DNA of 64,000 bases from the human T2T-CHM13v2.0 reference genome, Homo sapiens (GCF_009914755.1 NC_060925.1), one strand, 5' to 3'. Positions 15,891-29,535 are shown, counted from the stretch's first letter. The notes: generated by a model not told the origin, from the sequence alone. Numbers and translations are program-made.

Positions 15891-16404
15891 TGTTTGTATC
15901 TTTTGAATTTGCAGCTGTATACTCTATTACAGAGTAACATCCACACTAATTCTAGCCCCTACCCCTTGAGCCCCCATCTGGGCCTCATACCTACCTGCAG
16001 CTATCCTGGCATCTGCTTGGGAGTTTCCCACTCATATTTCCAACTATCTCTGTATCTGGCATTGGGACATCCCCTTCTTTCTTGCAAGCTGAGCTCTGAG
16101 CTCCATGTTCACAATTTCCCATGTATGCAACATCCAGAATTCTGTGTATTTTCAAGAGGGGGCCTGCACTAGGCAGGACCAGTCTCCAGCAGAGATGCTC
16201 CAGACCCTAACATGCTCACGCAGAGGTGGGTGAAGTCAGGATCTGGGGTTGGAGAGCCATCCTGCTGGGTTACTTTCAGCCAATCACTTCCTCTCTCTGG
16301 CCTCAGTCTTTTTATTTGTAAAATTAGTTTAGATGATGTTCAAGGAGCTGTAACAGTTTTAGGATTCTATGAGTAACTTGCCATGTTCCTAGTAAAGGCA
16401 GAGT

Positions 16405-16620
16405 TGAATAGTGGTTACAGGCAGGGACTGTGGACCCAGAATATCTCGGTTCATAATCCTAGCCCTGCTATTCATTAGCTATGTCCTTAGGCAAATTTTG
16501 AAACTTCTCTGCACTTTGGTTTCTTCATCCTGTAAAATGGAATTTGGGTTTGAAGATATTGGGAAGATTAAATGAGTTACTATGTTTAAAAGTCTGAGAA
16601 GAGAGGCTAGTACATATTAA
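16405..16620 (+). mobile_element. MIR SINE
   Basis: atagtggttacag...ttagctatgtccttaggcaaa...ttcatcctgtaaaatgg. Confidence 0.8.
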
Positions 16621-16625
16621 GCCTC

Positions 16626-16702
16626 ATCCCCTTCCCCAACCCCTTTCCCTTTCCCCCTTTCTCCTCCCCTTCCCCCTTTCTCTCCCTCTCCCTCTCTCTT
16701 TT
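16626..16702. repeat. Polypyrimidine (C/T) low-complexity tract
   Basis: About 75 nt almost entirely C/T. Confidence 0.85.
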
Positions 16703-17140
16703 CGGAAGGCTCAATGGATTATAGGAGGTCTCCCCCGGGTGGGGTAAGCCTGAAAAGAGAATAACTCTTTTCTATATCATCAGATGTAGATGAAGCATGA
16801 ACGGAAAAAGATCTGCAGGTCTCAGGACATTCCACCTCTGCCAGTTTCAGTCAATGTATCATTTTAAATACTTACTTTAATATTTCAGGGCCTGCAGAGG
16901 AAATATGCAGCCTGGTGTTGGCTATTGAGTTGTTAGTATTTATGTTGGGAGGAGAAGTTTCTGATAGATGAGGCAACTAAAAAAAAAAGATGGTGAGAAA
17001 TTTTTATTTACTGAGACTTACTCTGTGTTAAATCCTTTGCAAAAATATTCTCATTATTGTGTTGCTGAGGGGCAACATAAACCAATATTATATCGATTTC
17101 TAAATTGCATCAAGCAGCCGGCAAGTGCAGAAGAAATTCT

Positions 17141-17275
17141 TTTTAATTTTTAAAAAAATTTTTATAGATTCAAGGGGTACGGGTGCAGGTTTGTTACATG
17201 GATGGATTGCGTAATAGTGAAGTTTGGCTTCTAATGTGCTTGTCACCTGAATAGTGAATATTGTATCCAATGGGT
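17141..17275 (-). mobile_element. L1PB-type 3' terminal 135 bp
   Basis: ggggtacgggtgcaggtttgttacatggatggattgcg; perfect 17-bp TSD AGTGCAGAAGAAATTCT at 17124 and 17276. Confidence 0.92.
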
Positions 17276-17349
17276 AGTGCAGAAGAAATTCTGAGTTGAG
17301 ACACCAAGAGAGATGAATCATGGTGTCTGTAAACTCTCCTAATGAATCA

Positions 17350-17490
17350 ACGTGGATTACTCATTGAATATATATATTCTCAGGCCCTACTCCAGACCCA
17401 CTGAATCTGAATCTCGAGGGATGAGAATCTTGGGGAGCTATATTTTTAACAGGGCTTCGGGCAGTATTTTTCACCAGAGCAATTTTAGAC
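17350..17490. mobile_element. MER5-type fragment
   Basis: caggccctactccagacccactgaatctgaatctc...tatttttaacag. Confidence 0.6.
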
Positions 17491-19083
17491 ACGTTGGATT
17501 GGAGGACATCTTGAGGGGCTGATAGGAGAGGGTTCTATTTTCCACATCTCAGGGTTTTACTTGCCTGCCACAAAATGAAGCAAGGAGCAAACTGAGCAGG
17601 AGCCAGCAGCAGGCTCTGCGCTAGTTTCTCTAGTTGCTTACCTAGGGGCACAGGAGACCTTAACCTAGGAGATTATTCCCTCTGGTGCTTTTCTCCTTGA
17701 AACCCACTCAGGGAAGACTGGCGTGTGTGTCCGGATCCACTGCCTCCAAACCTGAGGACAAGGATTACCTAGGTTTTAAAAATTATTTCTTTGAGCTGTG
17801 TTCTCATGCACTGTGACGTCAGCAGAACCCCAAGACTGAATTATAGCTTTGCACTCAATCAGGAATCATGAATTATTCTCCATGTTATCCATCACTGCTT
17901 CCCCACTGCTCAGAAGACAGAGTGACAGCAATACACACAATGGGCAAGCACCTGAGGGGCTTTAAACCTATCAATAATAAGCATTGTTCTCAGAAAGATT
18001 TTGCTCTGCGGAAAAAGCAGAATGGAACCGCCTTTCCAATCCGGCAAAGGCTTTGAAATTGTTTCCCATTAAATGTGCAAATTCTGAAGTCATAGAGTTC
18101 AGTCACCACCTTGTTTATGTCCTGGGGATTTGGCTTAGTCTGAATCAAAAATATATATCTGTTCATATTAAATACAAAATGACTCTTGGATGTCCTCCTT
18201 CTCACATTAAACTGCATAACAAACACTAACATTCAATCTATGTAAAATTAATGAGTTGGTGGTGTCTTGTGTCTGTGTTTAATCAGAAAATTACATTTGG
18301 AGTACTTGAAAGCATATTAATTGAAGTTTATCAAGAAGGCAGTAGGTATTTAGACACAAACACAAATGCAAAATATATCAACTCATGCCTGTAATTATCT
18401 ATCACCATTGCCTTGCAATTCTAGTGCCTTTAAATAAAAATAAAACATAATACACGCTTGAGCCATTTTAGACCTTAGAAATGTTTCATATATTTTTCCT
18501 TTTAAGCTTGATTGAGTTATACAGTTAAACACAGAGAATATGCACTTACTGTTGTGTTGATAAATGGAAGCATTAGTAATTGGCATAGAATGCTTCCCCT
18601 GATGTTATTAGCTACAAATTTCTGAGGTTAGAATGAATGTAAAACATTCTTTTACCCAGATTGATTCTTTGCATAAATAATTAGAAAAAACAAGCTCTTG
18701 ACACAATAGCCTCCATAAATGCCATCATAACAATAGAATATGCTTACAGACCAAATATAGCAATGGCCAACTTTGGCTTCAAACTTGTTTTCTCAAATTT
18801 GGCCCCCAGGGAAATACAATAGACTCAGCTGATACATGTGGCATTTCATTGTATCACTATATCCAAAGAACCTATTAACTCACTGGATAGGCAAATATTG
18901 GTTTGGCTTTCTCAAATATGGAGATGAGATTCTTTTTTTAAATTTTTTAATTTCCTTAGCTGTGTCTCTATGATTTCTTTTTCTCGTGCACCTTCTTTCA
19001 GATTTAAGAATCTCTGTCCATATCCACCAAACATGAGGCCTGAAATAAGTCAGTGAAAAACTTGGCAATCTCTAAGTATCTGA

Positions 19084-19429
<346 letters not shown>

Positions 19430-22379
19430 TTAACTGCATTTCTATGTGTTCACTAGACATTGGGCAGAGTATGGACAAGGCCACTCCATTCAGCATCTCT
19501 GAGATCAGCATCCTCACTGAGGTCAGCCCTTCCTATGATCCCGCACAAGGAACAAGGTGGGGCTGTTTCAGAGAGTTCCTCTCAGCTCTCCGAGACTGGG
19601 GGCCCGCCAAGTGCTTACGGTCCTTTAGGAACTCTGCTAAGTCCTTGACATTCATCATCTCTTTTAATCCTCATAATCAACCTGTGAGGGGGAAGTTATT
19701 TCCTTGGTTAGCAAATGAGGAAACTGAGGCATGGATCAGTTATGTAACTTGCTCAAGATTCAGATATACAAGAAACTAAAATGAGAAAGAGAGGAAATTG
19801 CTTGGGCTAGAAACGACAGAGTTGGTATTGGAACCCAGGGCCATAGACTTCTAAACACACTCTGTACTATGCTGTACTATCTTTCTTATGATACTCATGC
19901 TATGTATCTTCCTATAGCCTATACATTTTTTTTTAAATCATGGAATTGCACATCTAACCCTTAGTAGTCTGGTTTTCTAATCCTTTCCTTGGGAGGGAAT
20001 CAGAATATTTTATTTATTTATATCAGGGATCTGGATAGTGAAATCTCATGCTTTTCCCTTAGCATCCAACTTTTCACTCCCTTATGTGTATATGTTATCA
20101 TGTATATTTTGCTTATTACATTTTATTTGTTTGCACAAGATTTCTCACAAGAAACACAGGTCTTTGCCTAACAATATAGCCAGTGTTTATGAGCATAAGC
20201 TCTCAGGATAGACTGGTTGGGTACAAAAACAAGCTCTCCCATTTATTATTCAATCTTGGGCAGGTTGCTTAAGTTCTTTAAGTATCAGTATCTCTGTCAG
20301 TAAAAAGGGGATGAGGATGACGGTAGCTATCTGTGGATTAAATGAGAATGCAGAGCCAATGCCTGGCACCGAGTAAGAACCTACAAGCATGAGATACTGT
20401 TGTCTGTATAAGCAGCAGGCTTTAACTCAAGACTATGCAAAGAAGACTGACTAACCATGGGACTCCATTCTCTCTTGCTCACTTTCCAGTTAACTGGAAG
20501 ATAATCGAGATCCTTAGATTCATGGGCAGAACAACATCATCTCCAAGGATTAGGGCAAATAATGGAGTCATAATGAACTGGAAGCAGACAGATTGTCTCA
20601 GTTCTGACTTCAGCCCTACCATTAGTGACTCTGGGCAAGCCACTCTCCTCATTTGGCCTTCAGTGTCCCCTTCTCTCAAACAAGGGGAGATCAGCCTGTC
20701 CCCAGAGGGTCCTGCCAGTGTTAACATTCTGTGAAGTATCCAAGCCTTCGTGAGTGAGTCCTCGCTTCTAAGAGCTTGTAATTTCCATGCCCCACCTGAA
20801 CACCACCACCCAGTCCAGGAAGCCAGGAACCCAGGCCATTTCTGAACTTTTCACTTGAATACCCAGAGCAGCTGCTAACACCCCCAGCCGAGCCCCACAC
20901 CTCCTTAATCTAAAATCCTCATTAGTTCCAACTGCAGGCCATCTATTACCTTGTGCTCATAATGGGAGTTAATTTCTGTTGGGATCAGATGGTCTTCCCC
21001 CTGGAAATTTTTATTCATATTTCTTTCCTGTTTTGTGATTCTCAATCGGAGTTTTCTAATAACAGATCATTTCTTTTTGTCTAACTTTAATCTGGTCCTG
21101 CTTGACAAGCCCCATCCTTTTCATTGAAGGGTAAGACCACTTAAAGGAAGGCCAATAAGCCCTTGCGCTGCTCGGCCGGCTGGGGTGATTTGTCACCCGG
21201 TGCAGTGGTGGTCACACCAATGGATTTATCTCAAGGTAAATGGAGATGCTGAGACCCGGGACCCGGAGCTTTGATTAAGGCGCCCTTTTTGTAGTGTTGA
21301 TAGATGTTGCTTGTGTTTATCTATTTGAAATGCCACTAAATCTGTGAATACAATGGAAAAAGAGAGTACTTTGCCGCTGAAAACATATTAGTGATTTATG
21401 TTTCAGTAAGAAGCACAATAAAGAGACAGAGGCTATTAAGAGCAGCTATTTTCATGAGAAATAGTTCTGCTTTAAAACATTATTAACCCCACCTTGATAA
21501 AGACTTACATGCATGCATAATCATGTTTACTTACCCCTTTAGTTTGGTGCAATATGCATTTGAAGCACACATTCTCCAAATATTCATAAGTTAGTCAGCA
21601 GAATATTTACAGCAAAAGACACCTTGCCCAGGACCGTTCTGCATGTAAATTTCCCTCTCTCAAGATACAGACACATAATAAACTTATCTAGGAAGCTTTG
21701 GAGTTTATATGGACTTCATATTGCTCAAAGCACTCTCAAATCCTTCACACCATCATTTGCTGTGTCTCCCCCACCCCACTTGCATTGTAGTAGAAATAAC
21801 CAGTAAGGTGACACATAAAGATTATAATGCATGGATATAACTTATAACATGAATCAATGTCATCAAGACGCACCCATTTAAATGAATAGGGTCAGATGAG
21901 AGTGCTGTATCACCCTGACTTGTGTGACAGTTACAAATGCATCACCTCGTATGCATAATAGGAGTGTACAAACCAGAAGAGATTTGTAAACTTGGTTCAT
22001 TTCAAGCAGAACTGACCCACAGGAATGGAAACCAGAGAAAAGGCAACTGGGTTGGAGCTGTCTGGAAATCAGTGACTCTTGTTGGGCTGTTTCACAAAAC
22101 CCTAACGAGGATTTTGTGTCCTCCAGTCCACCAGGGAACTGAGAGCCGACCAACTCAGGCGCAGCACACTGGCTGCTTCCTTAACCACGTTCTCTTCTAA
22201 AGGGGTGCAGTGCTTGCATGAGGTCGGGTGGGGGATAACGCGGAAGAGTGGGGGAGGGGGTAGATTTGAGGTGTGCAATTCTTACCACATCTGGGGAAAA
22301 AAACAAAAACAAAGCCAAGCGAAGTGGGCCTGCCAGAGTTAACTATGTTCACAGAGTGCAATTAAGTGTTTGGAAGGTT

Positions 22380-23110
22380 CTGTGCCGTGTGCTCTGATTT
22401 AAGGCCGCGTTCCTGGGACGCCCCTTTAGCCGGGCGAACGTGGAGGGGGCCAGGCCCGGCCGTGCGCACCCTGGGAGCGGAGCCGGGCCGCTGGCGCTCG
22501 GGGTCTTGGGCTTGGCACCGCGGCGCACCGGGTGGCAAGCACAGCGCTTAGCGGAGGCCACACCTGCACCTCATTTGCTTCTGAGCAGTGCCATGACCCG
22601 CCTGCTGATGGGGCGCCTTCCCTTTCATCCTCGGGATTATGACAAGTTATTAATTGCCACCATTAGCCGCAGCAGCCTGCCCGAGATCTCTGCTGCTCTC
22701 TGGAGGTGAGAAACCGCGCATCTGAATGCCGAGGGAAGAGGCGCTGAGCAGCCAGGGCAAACGGAGCAACAATCTGCCCAAAAGGGATTGTGAGATGGTG
22801 AATAATTTATTAGAAAACATTTTTCTTTGTCCTTCCCACAGACCCACAAATCCTCCCCAAGCGCTCTTTACCAGCCTTGCAGATAATGTACTTACACATC
22901 TCAGAGCCTGCTAAATAGACTGAAGAGGCCATGGGGTTCACCTCCACACTGCGGCTGCCAGGACCGCGCTACCAGCCCGCGCGGCCTCTGCCAAGGGCCC
23001 GCTGATGGAGGCGAGGGAATTAGCTGATTTTGCAGAAGCAGATAGGAAAAGCCGCTGCCATGGCTACCCCGCCTTCTTCCCGGGCTCCTGCGTCCCGTAT
23101 TGAGCCCGGA
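22380..23110. promoter_or_regulatory. Orphan CpG-island-like element
   Basis: Two GC/CpG-dense lobes (about 22400-22560 and 22940-23110) around a non-repetitive core, in an otherwise CpG-depleted window; no repeat similarity seen. Confidence 0.75.
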
Positions 23111-23629
23111 TACCTGCACACATGCTTTATATTGGTCTAGAACCCTACAATTTCATTCCACACCACCAGTAGGTGTTGACTGAGTTTCTGCTGCGATAGA
23201 GAGTTGCTCGGTCCTTCCTTCTGCACACCTGGGCAGAGGTGAGGCCACACCACGTCCCCAGCCACACATGCATTCCTTTCACAGAACTGTGAGCCTGCTC
23301 TACAATAGATGCAGACCCAGACCAAGACCTCAAAGAGCTGGAAGTTAAATAAGGATACGCTAACGTGGACAAGTATATAGAGCACCAGAGAGCTCTATAT
23401 TGAATCTCTGTCTGCTTCTCCAGCCTTATTTATTTCCCTCCTCCCTCCCCATCCTCAATACACGTGGCCATCTGAGTACATTCACCAACATGTGCACACC
23501 ACACACTCTGCATACATATACTCTAGCCAGACTGACCTATTTGGGAGGGCTATATGAAAAATTACCATTTGTATAGGTCAAAACCAGCTGAATATCAGTG
23601 ATTTTATATGAGTCAACTGAAAATAACAT

Positions 23630-24010
23630 ACTTGTCATCTTTGGCTCTTCATCTTGCCTGTCTACCGAGAGCACCTTTCTTTGCCTGCCAAAACCATACT
23701 CACCCTTCAGAAGTCAGTGTATTTAGACATTCCTTCCTAGAAAAGTCCTCTTGGACATTCCCGCCGTCTCCTCCACTTTCCACCTGGGCTTCACTTTGAT
23801 GATACTCTTCTGTATTCCCAATGTATCCTTCACCTGCCTTCTTTTTGATACTTGTTGCACTGTATCATAATGGTTGCCTTACCTTTTATCCTCTCTAGTC
23901 TGTGGCCCCTTGGGGGCACAAAGGATCCTATTTGAACGTGCATTCCTAGGACCTCACCCAGTACTGGCATATTGTAGATTCTCAGTAAGTTTGATGAATG
24001 AATAAATGAG
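23630..24010 (+). mobile_element. L2 3' region
   Basis: Ends tggcatattgtagattctcagtaagtttgatgaatgaataaatg (L2 tail). Confidence 0.7.
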
Positions 24011-25641
24011 GTGAATGAGAAGATGGATGCACAAGATAACAGGGGAATGGAAAAGAATCATAGACAGGGGAGATGGGACCAAGATTTCTATGGTAGCCAA
24101 GAAGGAAGGAGTTTTCATTTTATTAGGAGGTGCATAGACAAGATGTTGTGAAGTACTTCAGGGATTCTATGAGATCCGTACTGACCAAAGACATTCTCAG
24201 TCTCTGCTATTAAAAATAAAACAAAACAAAACACCTTTTTCCCTAGAATATATTTTTGTGGCATAGAGTAGACCCTCAATAAATAAATAAATAGTTATTG
24301 AATTTTAAAAGTGAATATGGAAGGACTATTAAGATTAGTTCTACCTAAGGGTAAAGCAATTAACTAATAAGAATAGTTTTTTTTAACTGAGTAGTTTTAT
24401 TTTACATTATTTTATCGCTACAACTATGAAATTTGAAAATGAGGAAATTGAGGCTCAGAGAGTTGTGTCCTATTCGGGATCACCCAGCTAGTGAGAGAGT
24501 CAAACCCAGGTCTCTCTCGCTCCAAAGCCTGAGTTCATGCCAACGATGCTACTGCAGGCTCTCCATTCCCAGAGATCTTCTTGAGTTAGAAATAACCATA
24601 TTGTCTCAAAGATTTTGAAATAGCATAGTTTAGAATCAGGGCCAATCATAGGTGACATGAGTATCTTCCAAGTCAAGGCTTCTATGATGCTTCCTCTTTA
24701 AAGTATGATCGCCTCCTCTTTAAAGCCTTAGAGTCTTTTAAAATGATGCTTGGAGATATATATTTGTAGGGATTTGGTAGGTTAATTCAGTCATTCAACA
24801 AATCTTTAGTAATCACTTACTGTGTGCCAAGTCTCATGCCAAGCTCTGGAGATACAGTGTTGAATAGGTGTGTTTCCTGCCAACCTGGAGGACTGCTCAG
24901 ATTCTGAAGAGACAACATCAAGCCTGCAGGTGCCAGATGGGCATCTTAGCTGAGAATGAATCAAGCAAAGATGAGGGAACAAGACCGACTGCCTCCATGT
25001 TTTGAGTTTGAATGTGCTTTAATGACAAGCATAATGAGTGTTCCGATCCTCCTGCTGTTACTGACAGCCCCAGTCTTATAGGTGAACTGAATATCAAATA
25101 TAGGAGCACACACACATGCACATACACAGAAGACTAACATGTCAAAAAGAGATACAATCCTGAAGACCTATTAATCCATTTATTTATTTTATCTCAGCAT
25201 TTTGAACACCCAGATGAGTCAGGCCCCATGCTGGTGCCAGCTACTGCACAACTACCAGTCTCTGCTCTTTAGGGGCTCACAGAACAGTGTGGGAGATGGT
25301 CTAGTGTGTAAAAAATTATACTTATTTGTGATCAGTACACTAACGGAGGGAGGAATCCAGTGTTCCAGAAGAGAAGAGGGAGCAACTAGTTCAGGCTTTG
25401 GAGGGTGCAGGAGAGCATGTAGATAAGAAAGGGTTTCCCCAAGACAGCATTGTGTTAGCTGGATGCTAAAGGATGCATGGGCCTTACAACTGGAGAAGGG
25501 GTGCAAGACAGCCTCACCCATGGGAAAAGGAAGATGAAAAAAAGGACAAATGCCCAGTGACTAGATGCTAAAGGAAGACTATTGGTTAAGTGGAATCATT
25601 CATTCATCCATTCATTCAGAAAACACTGAAGCCTACCATGC

Positions 25642-26042
25642 TGTTATGGACTGAATGCTTATGTCCTTCCCTGCCTCCTCTCAATTGCTACATTGAAGTC
25701 CTAACCTTTGTGTGGCTCTGTTTGGAGTAAGGAAATAATTAAAGTTAAATGAGGCTATAAGGGTGGGGCCCTCATCCAACAGAATTAGTGTCCTTTTAAG
25801 AAGAGCCACCAGAGAGCTCATACACACTTTCTCTCTGTGCACAGGCACTGAGGAAAAGCCATGTGAAGACACAGCAAGAAGGTGGCCATCTGCAAGCCAG
25901 GAAGAAAGCCCTCACCCAAAACTGACCTTATAGGCACCTTGATGTTGGGCTATTAACCTCTAGAACTGTGGAAACATAAATTTCTGTTGTTTAAGCCATC
26001 CAGTGTATGGTATTTTGTTATGACAGCCCAGGAAGACTAATA
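25642..26042 (+). mobile_element. MaLR solo LTR (MSTD/MLT1A-like)
   Basis: tgttatggactgaatg...ggccctcatccaacagaattagtgtccttttaagaagag...ggtattttgttatgacagccc. Confidence 0.9.
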
Positions 26043-26319
26043 TTCATGCTCCTAGCACTGTACCAGGTTTGGAGTAGCCAAAGACAAATAAGACCACTCA
26101 CTTCTCTCAAAAGCTCATGGCTATAAAGAGAATATGTTGATCATATTCTCTATGATCAACAGAAAAACAATGGCTAGAGTAAAACCTGTGGTATATTAAG
26201 GGAACACCTGCTTGAAATAATCATGATTTATTTTAACTGAACAATTTTATCTGGTCTTAGTTAAGCATGTTGAGTATGATTTAAGGATTTGATGTGGGAG
26301 ACATTCAAGATGTTTACCA

Positions 26320-26681
26320 ATATTTCAATTTCTTCTCATTCTCAGCAAATTCTACCCCCACACCCTGGCAATTAAAGTTAATTGGGGCTATGTGATTTGC
26401 TTTAAAAAATGAATTGTGAACAAAAGTAACAGGTATCACTTGCAGGCAGGAGCCTTGAAGAACCAGTGAGCGATTTGCCAAGTTTTCTTCCCTATATAGC
26501 AAACATCAACATTCCAGGTGAGGGAGGCTCCATCAGTCCAAATCTGAGTGAGAAAATCAGGAGCAGAAGCCCTAAGACAAACAGGCAGCATGAGTAAGAA
26601 ATGAAGCTTTAGTGTTTTAAGCTACTGAGATTTGGGGTTTATTCATTATTGCAGCACAATATAGTCTAACGTGACTGATAT
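26320..26681 (+). mobile_element. MaLR solo LTR (MLT1I/J-like)
   Basis: ggggctatgtgatttgcttt...ttttaagctactgagatttgggg...tgactgatata. Confidence 0.75.
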
Positions 26682-27054
26682 AAGTAAAGAACAAGATGTT
26701 ACTTATTCTGACCCTGGTAGACATTTTGGAATATTAGTTTTGCCACTTGAAGCCCTAAGAATGACCCACTATCAAGAGACTGGACTTCCAGTTTCTACTC
26801 TGTGTGGGTGTTGCATTCATCTACCATCAGGTTATAAAATACATTAATAGATTTCCTTATAAGCAATGAGCAGTTAGGATTTTACTTCCTCATCTACCTT
26901 TGCAGTGTTACATCCTTCATCCATCATATAAAACCTGTTAGCAAAGAGGCTCCTGTGTGAAGCTCTGTCCTTTAGAGACTCAAACTGTAGAAGGGTATGG
27001 CTTTCTAATCTTCAGAGGATTTTTGCCCTTTCATGTCCTTTTTGTAGGCCCAAG

Positions 27055-27260
27055 AACAACGGACTCTGGAATTGAGTGTTCGGCTTTAAATCCTGGATGC
27101 ACTACTTTCTAGCCATGTGGCTTGGAAAAGTTACTTGATCTAATTAAGCTTTCATTTTTTCACTTGTAGAATACAAATAACAATAGTACCTATCTCATGG
27201 GGATGTTTTGTGAATTGAGATAATGCACATAGAGCTTAATAAATAGTAATTATTATTATT
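27055..27260 (+). mobile_element. MIR SINE
   Basis: acggactctgga...aagttacttgatct...aatagtacctatctcatgggg. Confidence 0.75.
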
Positions 27261-28956
27261 ATTGTTGGTGTTATTATTATTTTACCATCAGGATAGGCTT
27301 AAAATAAAATGTCAAAAATCTTTATCACCAAAGCCATGACTATTCTTAGAGAGTTTACTTACAGATTAGCTGGGAGATAGTGGTTTGCAGTAAATGACCT
27401 TCCAGCTTGTGCCCAAAGTTTTCGATCCTCCAGCCACACAGAGCTTCTTAAGGGCGATCAGAACCTCTCAGAAAGCTTCTATTCCAGTGGGAGTCCTGCC
27501 ACGAGAGGACCCGAGTTAAAGCAGGTGTGGACACAGGGTATGCGGCTTCCAGGAAATCTGGGAACCATCCTGCTTGTATGGCTTCTCTTTTGGATATTTA
27601 GCAACTGACCCTTTGGAGAAAGATTATCTCCTTTTTGAAAGCAACCTGACAACCTGTCAAAACTGGACTTGTGAGAGGAATGGAGAAGCTAGCCCTGGGC
27701 AGTCTGGCCAGGCTCTCATTTGGGTCATGACACTGGCAGGGGCTGCTTTAGTCCACATCAACTTGGCTTCTGGTCCCAACCCCCTTCTGAAGCTCTGATG
27801 ACGTGACTGAAAGAGCTTCTGGGATTCTCCCAAGACAGCCAAAGAAACAAGAAGAGTGATTGACATAGAAGCTCTGTGATGATCACTGTGATTAGGGAAA
27901 GGATCTTCTATTTGAGGAAAAGTGGCAACCAAGAAAATAAGAAAAATGGCAAGGGCGCTAAAATTCTGCGCTAAGTCCTTTCTGTCACTGACAATATTCT
28001 TGATCACTGGAATTTAAAATAAAATGATTTGATAAACTTCTAAAGGTGTTTACCACGTGCAGGCCATGTGCTGTGGACGAGTGATACAATGATTCTTGAG
28101 GCCTTATCTTTCTCTACAAAGAGCTCATAGTCTTTCAATAATTCAACAATACATTCGTTCAATACTTTTACTGATGCCCACGGCATGCCAGGCACCACTG
28201 TACTGGGTATATAATGGTGAACAAAACTGACAGCTCTCTGCCCTTGTGGAGTGTAGAGTCTAGTAGCATATCTAGAAACAGTAAGCACAAATAAATAAAC
28301 AATATTGTATTAATATTATTTTTATGTCAGCAAAGGAAAAAAATGGGTAGCATAACAAAAGACATGTGATGGGATTGGGGAACAACATATAAACCAATAC
28401 CAGCAGTGCACTGGGAAAGGCACACATACAAAAGGCTTTCAGAGTATGAACATCCGTGTACCTTCACTCCTGACTGCAGGCGCAGACTGTGTGTGGGGAG
28501 ATGCTCATATAGAAACCCAGGTACCCAGGAATGACATACACCAACACACATACCTCCTAGAAGTATTTTCTCAGACTACAAACTATTAAGGATGTAAATT
28601 TCTGACAGTGAAAATTTTATTTTTTTAGTGTTTCTGTAACTGTATAGATACACGAATTATTTAGTAGTTCAGTTATTCTACAAATACTAAACTGTTTTAC
28701 AGCATGATTCTTATTGAAATAAGCAATTAACACATCTTGCCTCTTCTTGCAAGCTCTCTCTGACCACCCACCTACACCCTCCGTGAGTCTTCTGTGATTC
28801 TCTTCTATATTCCATTATTCCTTATGCATGCCTTTACCATCACAATTTTCACACTTTTATAATCACTGATTTGTTTTGCTTTTCTCATCTTCTAGATTGT
28901 GAACATCTTGAAGCCACAGACTGTCTTAATTGTCTCAATATGCCTAGGGCTTAGCT

Positions 28957-29385
28957 GTCTTAGTTTGGGTTTCACGATAAACAGACCTTGAGAACAGCAT
29001 TCAAGTGCAAGCAGTTTATTTGGAAGATGGTCCCAGGGAACACTAGTAAGGGAGTGGGGAGGGGAACAAGGAAGGGGGCGAAGCTCATAAGGAGCGTTTT
29101 ATTAAGCAAGTTACCAGGTTCCCTCTGGAGAACTCTGGGAAGCCACATGGACCATGTACCAGCATTATCAGGGTATTTATCCACCTTCCCATCTGTTGTT
29201 GGTTGAGGCCTGCTCCCACGGGTAAGAACCCTCCAGCATGTCTGGTTTGTTTTCCCCACAGGCCAGGCATGCTTGTACAACCTGAAAAATCCCTCGGGCA
29301 GAGTCACAGGTGCTTTCTATAAGCAACCTTCAGACCGTGGAGGTGAGTGCCAAGGGATATGAATGGGGTGTCAACTAGTATCTGC
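28957..29385 (-). mobile_element. ERVL LTR16-like solo LTR
   Basis: tgtcttagtttgggtttc...cagaccttgaga...gtgcaagcagtttatttggaagatggtcccagg. Confidence 0.75.
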
Positions 29386-29535
29386 TGGCTCCCCATGGCA
29401 GCTAGGTAGGCTTTGGTGGCTCAATGTAACAAAATAGCCAAGCAGAGCACATTGTTAAGGGATAAATTTTAGTGTGGGCTCCATGGGCAAATCTCATGTT
29501 ACTGACGTGGTATCAAGCCAGCAGTGAAGTGTTAG

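Noticed and set aside
23385-23400. Small hairpin ATATAGAGC-N8-GCTCTATAT (spanning about 23375-23400)
   Set aside because: A 9-bp stem is expected by chance at this window size.
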